Shown here piece after piece: positions 12,227 to 20,000 of a stretch of 20,000 bases of DNA. The stretch comes from Chiloscyllium plagiosum (Eukaryota). The stretch lies in contig NC_057720.1 in the NCBI RefSeq assembly GCF_004010195.1, forward strand, positions 22,507,914 through 22,527,913, written 5' to 3'. The position numbers and the translations under genes were made by a program. Numbering within the stretch: position 1 is the first letter of the stretch; each line of letters starts with the position of its first letter. The notes beneath the pieces are model-generated. The model was not told the DNA's origin, did no database searches, and worked only from the letters and a program-made list of their open reading frames with translations.

Positions 12227-12659
12227 TCCAGCTTCTAAGGTCTCAAGCTAAACTTCTTCAGATGTTAATACATCCATTGTGTATTCCAAAACTGTACCTT
12301 AACGCAATTAGCAAGCTCAGATTTCAGTCATATGATATAGACAGGACTTTCAGGTGCTGACACCCAGTGCCGGATAAAACAAAGTTTCCTTTTGTTCATT
12401 TTGGTGGGCTAACAATGTACCTTTTCCTCCCTGGCAAATGATACAATGGCCCTTCATGATTTTCCTTTGTTCAGAGTTGACTGGGAGCAGACAGCTCATG
12501 GTCTTTGGATCAGCTTTAGCTAAAGACTCTGGAATTATAATCATGTGATCAGTTTAAGCGATTTGACCAGGTAGTCCAAGATTGTCTAATTTTGAAGGCA
12601 ATAATTTAACATGTCAACGTAGAAGAGAACACTATCCTCTGGGATTTCTCTACATGCCC

Positions 12660-12950
12660 TCTGGCCATGAGACAAGACAGGAGGTGCAAAATGTGGATAA
12701 AGATTTCAGAGGCAGACAGGCTGAGGAAAAGAAACAGGTTGGAAATATTAACTGGTTGAAAGCAAGAGGCCTTGATGACAGAGTGAAGATTGGGTTGAAA
12801 GTTCAACTTAAGAGACATGCAGGACACCGTGACTGCAAATAGACTGGACAGGCAGCTTAAGTGCCTGGCAGGAGGATGGACTTAGTGGCTAGGGAACAAT
12901 ATTTGTCACAGAAGGCCAAAAGATAATGGTGTTTGTTTTATCCAGCATTG
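12660..12950 (-). mobile_element. Degraded L2-clade LINE ORF2 fragment
   Basis: Minus-strand peptide VIKASCFQPVNISNLFLFLSLSASEIFIHILHLLSCL resembles the L2 motif TKTAYFHLRNIARLRPxLSxSAAETLIHAFVTSRLDY; gtggctagggaac is also collinear with the recalled L2 consensus. Confidence 0.6.
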
Positions 12951-13016
12951 GTGTCAAAGAAGTAGTCTGATATCACAAAGGGGGTATGTCAGTGTTGTGA
13001 AACCAAATGTTCAGGT

Positions 13017-13649
13017 TGCTATGGACCAGACCAGACCCCCTCAAAATATTTTAAGAATGTTGCCTAGATCCTAACTTTTCCCTATTTTAAAGGTAGGTGA
13101 AGTTCCAGATGTGATGCGGCTGGTCAAACTATTCAGCATGAAGCAAAACACATTTATTTAAACATGAAAGTTAAAATACAAATAAAAGAAAGGTGAATTT
13201 AGAATAACTTAACTACCGGAAAGCTTAAGCAAATAATAAATGCAGTACCTATTACTAATTAACTGTTCCAATATAGTAATATCCCACAAACACACCCCTG
13301 GGCAATAAGGTAAATTCAGACACAGATTCTTAAATGCTGTTCTCTAAAACAGGAAGAAAAAACATCAAGAGAAATTTCAGAGAAAGCAACAGCCTGGAAT
13401 CATTCCCTGAAGCTTCCAACTCTTCGGAGACCCCAAACAGCCTCTGAAGCTAAAATTAAAAAAAAAACTAGAAAGCCTGGTCTGAGAAAGCTGGCGACAC
13501 CCATTCAGGATGTTTTAAAAAAAAATCAAAGCCCTCCAAGCTGTTTACTTAAGCCATCTTCATTAATCAGTTTGTCACCTCCACCTTTACAACCTCTCTT
13601 CAAAAAATTCCAGAACAAAATAACTTTTTAAAGTGACAGTATCGTCACA
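13017..13649 (-). mobile_element. Solo LTR (633 bp), probably Gypsy-type
   Basis: Termini TG(CTATGG)...(CGTCA)CA; 4-bp direct repeat AGGT at 13013-13016 and 13650-13653; no internal ORF. A minus-strand AATAAA at 13153-13158 lies ~140 nt from the minus-strand 3' end (orientation inferred from this). Confidence 0.75.
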
Positions 13650-13987
13650 AGGTTAAAAAGATTATTCAAACTCGCAGAGGAGAGCGAAAAGATGTTATCT
13701 GCAAATCTTTATTAGATCATGATAACTTCCCAGGGTTGTCCAGGATTGTCTTTGCAATGGCGTTATATTGAGACACATACTCTTGGGTAGCTTCAGCTTT
13801 ATGGTTTGAAAGGGGAGATTACGAGTATGTAACATTGTTGGGGAGCTAATATGTATTATTGATGAAAATTGTCCTGACCTTTTTTTTCTATTTTAATACT
13901 GTAAGTTTATTCAAAGATTTAAAACTACTTACTTGAATTGTCAATTTGGACAACCAGATTCAAGGATTTTGTTTATCATTGGTGACC

Positions 13988-14098
13988 TTTAAGTGGCAAT
14001 TGGATAGGTACATGGATAGGTGCTTAAGCTAGGAGAAATGTTTGGCACAATATCGTGGGTCGAAGGGCCTGTTCTGTGCTGTATTGTTCTATGTTCTA
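13988..14098 (+). mobile_element. CR1-type LINE 3' tail fragment
   Basis: tttaag...ttggataggtacatggatagg...tcgtgggtcgaagggcctgttctgtgctgta, ending in (tgttcta)2. Confidence 0.75.
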
Positions 14099-14391
14099 GA
14101 TTTCATGTTTAATCAGCTTGGATAAATAAAAATGAAGCAACATAATATCCACACTTCTTATATAATTGAAGGGATCACATCTGGTTTAGATTTTTATACA
14201 AAAGTAAATGTTTAACACCAAAAGGTTTTTAAGTCCATGTGAACTCTGACATCATGAGCATGATATTCAATCTTTGGTACAAAAATGAAGTAAATGTACC
14301 ATCCCAAACACCACCTTGTGGAAATTGAAAGCCAATCTCCTGAACTTGTTAAGCTATTGCAGCTTTGCTTTAGGGCTGTAATTTTGGTTAA

Positions 14392-14603
14392 GAGTGTAGT
14401 GCTGGAAACGCACAGCAGGTCAGGCAGCATCCGAGGAGCAGGAGAATCGATGTTTCGGACATAACCCCTTCATCAGGAATGAAGGGCTTATGCCCAAAAC
14501 GTTGATTCTCCTGCTCCTCGGATCCTGCCTGACCTACTGTGCTTTTCCAGCACTACACTCACAACTCTGAGATCCAGCATCTGCAGTCCTCACTTTCTCC
14601 TCC
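14392..14603. mobile_element. Penelope-like terminal fragment (family B), fold-back palindrome with target-site duplication
   Basis: 82-bp arms 14392-14473 and 14479-14560 (8 mismatches, no gaps), loop CAGGA, 43-nt unpaired tail 14561-14603. Flanked by ctgtaattttg(g/a)ttaag at 14376-14392 and 14604-14620. Confidence 0.85.
14449..14476 (-). ncRNA. Minimal type I hammerhead ribozyme-like motif (partly decayed)
   Basis: Minus strand CUGAUGA-A-GGGG-UUAU-GUCC-GAAA-C-AUC; both core boxes intact, helix II and III weakened. Confidence 0.55.
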
Positions 14604-14646
14604 CTGTAATTTTGATTAAGCTCTATTTGACATCATTTATCTTTTA

Positions 14647-14790
<144 letters not shown>

Positions 14791-15461
14791 TTACAAAAGT
14801 TGTTTCGACCAATCTGTGATTAAATTACCCTTTCTATCAGTTGAGCCAGACAAAAGTGAGAAATTGGAAAATTCTAACAAGCTGCAAATTTGTATTGTCT
14901 TAAGCTGAAATATTTCTGTAGCCTTAAAAATTCATGGGTACAAATCAGAGCAATATTTCTCATTATTGTACACATATTAGAGACATCCATCAGGGGAAAC
15001 AAAACTGTCAATAAATTGAATGACCAATATGTCAGGTTAAAGAATGCAGATAAAATCAATTGCAAATACTTTCCACAGATAGTTAAAAATAATTATTCAG
15101 AATTTCTTAAAATGGCATGACCAGAAGGTTAGACCAAACACCACGGCCTAATTTAAGAAAAATGTTAGCCTTCAGTGAGTAATGCCAACATTTCCGGAAA
15201 AGTGGTGCAATGTAAGTGGATACAATTGGGGCCATGAGGAAAACCTGATTTGGGTTATATTCCTTCAAGACCCTGTCTTATGCATGAAAATTAAAGTGTA
15301 CAGATATCAAAATGTAATTTATTCACTTTGAGTAAAGAATATTATAAAAATAATGTAATCTTACAGAATTTTAAGGGTTTTTATGAGAATAACTCTGAAG
15401 CATTCCAAATTCAAAAGAATTACATTTTAGGTCTTAAAATGGATTATAAAGAGTGGGGAAA

Positions 15462-15790
15462 AGAGTCTCTACAGTGTGGAAGCAGGCCGTTCAGTCCATT
15501 AAGTCCACACCAACCTGCCGAAGACAATCCACCCAGACACACCCTGCCCCATCCCTGCATTTCACATGGTTACCCCTCCTAACCTTCACATCCCTGGACA
15601 TTATTTGAAATTTAGCATGGCAATCCACCCAAGCTGCATATCCTTGGACTGTGGGAGGAAACCAGATGTCCAGAGGAAACCCATGCAGAATGTGCAAACT
15701 CCACACAGACAGTCACCCAAGGGTGGAATCAAACCCCAGGTCCCTAGTGCTGTGAGGCAGCAGTGCTAACCACTGAGCCACTGCACCTGC
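15462..15790 (-). mobile_element. HE1-type V-SINE
   Basis: Minus strand A box TGGCTCAGTGG (15770-15780), B box GGTTTGATTCC (15725-15735), V domain ...GGGTTTCCTCTGGACATCTGGTTTCCTCCCACAGTCCAAGG, tail ...GGCCTGCTTCCACACTGTAG. Homologous to 11257-11607 in opposite orientation. Confidence 0.9.
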
Positions 15791-16751
15791 ATTAAGTTCC
15801 ACTCAATCTGATGACATCACACAGCTGGAGAAAAAGACTAGCAGGAGGATTCAACAGATAGAGTTGTGTCAACTCTGGTTCCTGGTGGTCTTTGTAATTA
15901 TATCTAGAGAGTCAATGTAACCTTTACCTATTGTTAGCATAGAATATTGCATCTTATCTTTAAGAAAAGTTACTCTTCTCATTAGACTCCTCTACCAATA
16001 CATATTAGACTCAGCATATAAAGGGGGATTTCTTGGAGAATGAGCAAGTAGTGTCTGTTTGTATTATTCAGGCTTTCCATGGGCAGTGGGCACCATAGGG
16101 AATAGAGTGCATTCTCACCCCCAAGAAGAACATTTTAGTTTATATCTTGTAAATTTCCTTGGTGATCTTTGACCTTTGTTACAATGCCCTTTAGGCACTA
16201 CTGGTCCTGTTTTTAGTTGAATTTGGTTAATTGATTTTGGTTAAAGATAGTGGAAGGAGGATTGGTGGCAGTAGTCTGCCAGGGTTGTAAACCTTCAGTG
16301 GTCAATACCACAATTACAGTCATTGCAGCGACTCCAAATTAAAGATAAAAAGTGTAAGAAACTGGTATATTCCAAAAGAAAGGTCTGAGAGAGTGGGGAC
16401 TATGAGTTAGTGACTAATGCTTCTCACTCCTTATGACTTCTGCATTCAGCTTCTGTTGAAAAGTGGGTTGGAGTCAAGGTAATTATCGTAAAGTATCTCC
16501 ATTCCTTAGCAACATTCTTCAGTAGTCAAGTCAGTCTTAACATTGTATTTGAACCTAAATTGAATCAGTCACAGCTGCACTCTAATATTACAGGGATAGT
16601 TTAATAAGGGTTTATAATCTGGATGGTTTTGGCACAGTTTCTTGGAGCAACCTCAAAATTGTGACATTTCAAACATTTAAACTGTAAACAACCAGTTGAA
16701 TTTAAGCAACTCATTAACCTCTAATGTGTAACATGATATTTAAATTAAGAT

Positions 16752-16777
16752 CCGTGCTGTACATCTCTATGACTCTA
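16752..16777 (+). mobile_element. Extremely truncated (26-nt) CR1/HER1 tail insertion with 6-bp flanking direct repeat
   Basis: ccgtgctgtacatctctatgactcta matches 12200-12225 with one mismatch; TAAGAT at 16746-16751 and 16778-16783. Confidence 0.7.
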
Positions 16778-18129
16778 TAAGATGAAAGAAAGTCAATGCT
16801 CAAGTTAGAACAGTCATTTTCTTATTATGTTATTGTTGTGCTATCAATATTAATACCACATACAGTGCATATTCCAGCAAAATGGGTTACAATTTATCTT
16901 GAGGCATAAGGTATTGTCAGCTTACTTTCAGTACACTTAACAAAACAAAGTTTTTAAACACAAAGTTTACTCTTAAAGCCCATGGAAATGTAGAGGTGGG
17001 GTCAAATATTTCAGCTGTTTTGATACCTCCAGACTAACATGACCTCATCTGTGCACTATACAGCATTCCTGATTGCAGGACCTGTTTCTCTGCACAAATA
17101 AAAAGCTCCTATTTTGGATGGTGTGCCAATCTAGATGTAGATATGCCCTTAAGCAAGAGAGTCCAGGAAGTCTTCTTGACAATTTAGGAGTGTCATACAA
17201 AAGTTATTGTGTGATTGTGAAAAGGAATTATTCTTGAATTGAATGCCTTGATATGGTTGAAGAACACAAATGAAAGTGGCAATTGGTACAGAACTATTTT
17301 CAACTAAAGAATTCCTTCATGACTAGAAAAATATAAAGGTTACATTTGCTGCCCCAAAATACAAAACTATAGCCTAATAGCACTCTAGAAACTTAATGGA
17401 CTAAATTCATTCACTGGCCCATGTTGAGCAGAATTGTCAACACTGTTTATTGAATACAAATTTTCAATTGAGCTTTAATATCACACGTTCATTTGTTGTA
17501 ATTTTTGAAGTCAAGTGAGATGAAATTAGTTCCAACTTTGTTGAATGTACCCATCATGAAATGTATCTGTATATAGCAAATGAAGTTGTACTGTTACTTG
17601 ATCATGAAGCTTCAATTGCAAGTCAATCTTACTGCAACAGATTGAGCCTTTTCAGAATGCTGTGCCAGATTTGAAATTAAGGGTTTTTCCAAAGCTGTAA
17701 TAGCACTGGGGATAGAGAGTTAAAACCTCAGATTCAAGGTGTATTACATTCATTTCATATCACATCCAGATCCCTATGGTGAGTTCCACCACTGGGCATA
17801 ACAATAATCACTGGTAATGCATGGGAGGGAAAGATTGTTTGTTGGAAGGTGAACAAAGAAGTTTGATTGGCGTACCTATTTTTCCAGGATAAACCACAAG
17901 CTATTGTGGTTTGTACATGCCAGATGGTAAAATGTGACATCTGTGCAACCCGGTAGTATATTTTTAAGTAAGAGGGTGATTTAAGGTCTCTCTGTTCATA
18001 GGGGAATTCATTCCCTGAAAATCTCACCATAGGTTGCTTGGTTTAACATACGGACCATGGAAAGCTGGTTAAAGAGGAACACAAGTTAAATCTCTGGCAG
18101 AGGGCAGTAGGGTAGGTGGTGTCTGTACT

Positions 18130-18803
18130 CCTAGCCTGCCCACTCCCTCTCGCATAACCAACATCACCTTCTTTTTTATTTCATTTTCCTTCATTTAACT
18201 ATTGAATCAACTTTATTTTTCTTTCTTTCTGTGGCTGTGGTGGTAGAGAGAGATTGCAGAGAGCTGTTGATATGTTGCTATGGCGGTCGCAGCTTTCCAG
18301 TGTCAACAGATTGGGGTCGTTTCTTGTCATTTGGTGTTTCGGTGGCATCTACAATGGCAGCGGAGTGAATGATCCCTCGATCCTCAGGAGTCAATTTGGA
18401 TGATGATTACATCCTTGTAAGTTGAGATGGGGCCCGGTCCTTGAGAGTTGGGACAGTCTCCTGGCTATGGCAGCAGCTGGGCTAACAGAGGCGATGAGGT
18501 GGCTTTGGTTGATGTGATGTTCTGGGTCCAGTCAGCGGTGGCAGGGGTTGCTTCAGTGTGCTTCCTCCTTGGTATTGCAGCCTCAGGGACAGCTTTGACG
18601 ACTGCGGAAGAAGGCACATCCTGTAGCTGCTTATGAAATCAAGAAGCCGTAGTTGGAACAAAAAGTGAAATTAGTCTTAACTTTGTATGTATTATTTCTT
18701 TTTTAGACTTTATGTAACTTAAGTGGTACCAGATTAATTATGACTATGAATATATATTTTACTGTAATTTCATAAATACATGTAACAATAAATTACTATA
18801 CTA
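18130..18803 (+). mobile_element. Probable degraded retroposon (family not identified)
   Basis: GC-richer body ending in ttttactgtaatttcataaatacatgtaacaataaa followed by (tacta)2, a 3' end typical of non-LTR elements; the 5' boundary is approximate. Confidence 0.35.
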
Positions 18804-19011
18804 TGAAAACCCAATTTTATACGAAGCCTGTTTCCTCCCTGTTTCTTTCTGCAGAATGGTAAGGACAGATCCTTTCCTACTGCAGGAACAATCTCCAGTT
18901 TCTAAGCAACATGAAGATCGTGCAGTCTATTATTACTGAGATGCTCGAGTGATGCAGTTTCTTTGTCAGCCATGGAGCAGTAATAATGGACCCAAAGGGA
19001 ATTGTGACTTA

Positions 19012-19827
19012 AACATTCTCAAGATTCACAAGAGACCAGAAATCAATGCTGTAGGCTGGGGGTGGAAATATCCCAGTTTAGTGGATATCTTTTGTTTAAC
19101 AACTCAAATGCATCTTGCACGTCTCCCTCCCAAGGCACTCTCTCCCACCAATGTCTGTATGGAGACAGTCAGCTGAATATTATGAAGTGCTTGGTTTGCA
19201 TCACCCCTCGTACACCCAAAGGGGTGGGGAGGGTTGCAATCCACCCATTATATTGCAACTGAGAGCAGCATTCTAGCATGTTGACATCTCCTCATTGCCA
19301 TCTCACACAGAGGTCCCACCTTAGGGGCACTACTGGGCAAATCAGATGGTTGGCAGCTCTGTAGTCTCAAAGTTCTTTGCAGGAGCAGTGTTCTCTGCTG
19401 GAAGTATGGGCAGGCCCTGATAGTCTAATCTGGCACAGTTCTGTGAGGTGGGTGAGAAGCTGAAGGTGGTGGGCAGGGGCGGTTTATGAGGCCATCAGCA
19501 CTGGGTAAAAGGAGGGATAAAGGAGCTTGGGGAGATCTTCCTCTGATGGTTGTAGGGGATACTCAAAAGAAACTGCTCCAACTTTGTCTGACACCAACCC
19601 ATGCAGCCGAAGCAATAGAGTTTCCTGACTGCCAATTACCCTTCTGTAGGTAAAACAGTGGCAGAGTGGGATGAGGCCAATAGGTGATCATTGGTCACTT
19701 AAGTATTTCAATAGTCAGCTCGGTTGGGCGGACTGCTCAACACCTCCACCTGGTGTGGAGCCAACATGTTCAAAATTCACAGGAGACCACATATCGGTGC
19801 TGTAGGTTGGGTGTGGAAATATTCCAG
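19012..19827. repeat. Pair of 65-bp diverged direct repeats (19012-19076 and 19763-19827)
   Basis: Ungapped alignment, 54/65 identical, 751 bp apart, enclosing GC-richer degenerate sequence. Confidence 0.8.
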
Positions 19828-20000
19828 AGGTAAAAACAATGACTGCAGATACTGGAAACCAGATTCTGGATTAGTGGTGCTGGAAGAGCACAGCAGTTCA
19901 GGCAGCATCCAAGGACCAGCGAAATCGACATTTCGGGCAAAAGCCCTTCATCAGCAATAAAGGCAGTGAGCCTGAAGTGTGGAGAGATAAGCTAGAGGAG
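19827..20000 (-). mobile_element. Penelope-like element 3' terminal region (family B relative), runs off the window
   Basis: gtggtgctggaagagcacagcagttcaggcagcatcc...aatcgacatttcgggcaaaagcccttcatcag is homologous to 14396-14476; ctgcagatactgga is homologous to the reverse complement of the 14561-14603 tail. Confidence 0.8.
19927..19954 (-). ncRNA. Minimal type I hammerhead ribozyme-like motif
   Basis: Minus strand CUGAUGA-A-GGGC-UUUU-GCCC-GAAA-U-GUC: both conserved boxes, perfect 4-bp helix II, GUC cleavage triplet, loopless helix III. Confidence 0.65.

Noticed and set aside
14392..14560. Palindromes interpreted as pre-miRNA genes or DNA-transposon MITEs
   Set aside because: Homologous arms recur in the window, including an unpaired copy at 19827+; asymmetric tails, a 17-bp TSD and hammerhead cores fit Penelope-like retroelement termini better.

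Overview
Vertebrate genomic DNA, almost certainly a shark/elasmobranch judging from its HE1-type V-SINEs, CR1/HER1 tails and other repeats. The window is the interior of the dihydropyrimidine dehydrogenase gene (DPYD) on the minus strand. Three coding exons are present, equivalent to human exons 4 (14668-14755, 88 nt), 5 (7555-7716, 162 nt) and 6 (1826-2022, 197 nt), all with AG/GT splice sites and compatible phases. The ORF track misses exons 4 and 5; exons 3 and 7 were not found. The rest is AT-rich intron containing two oppositely oriented HE1-like SINEs, CR1 and L2 fragments, a solo LTR with a 4-bp TSD, and four Penelope-like terminal fragments from two families. The most interesting signals are (i) minimal hammerhead-ribozyme cores in these Penelope-like pieces, with different but equally pairing helix II/III sequences in the two families; (ii) three fold-back palindromes centred on the ribozyme core; and (iii) a 114-bp gapless hairpin whose outer 83 bp are perfect and include duplicated flanking DNA. 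Repeat family names come from recalled consensus motifs, not database searches.
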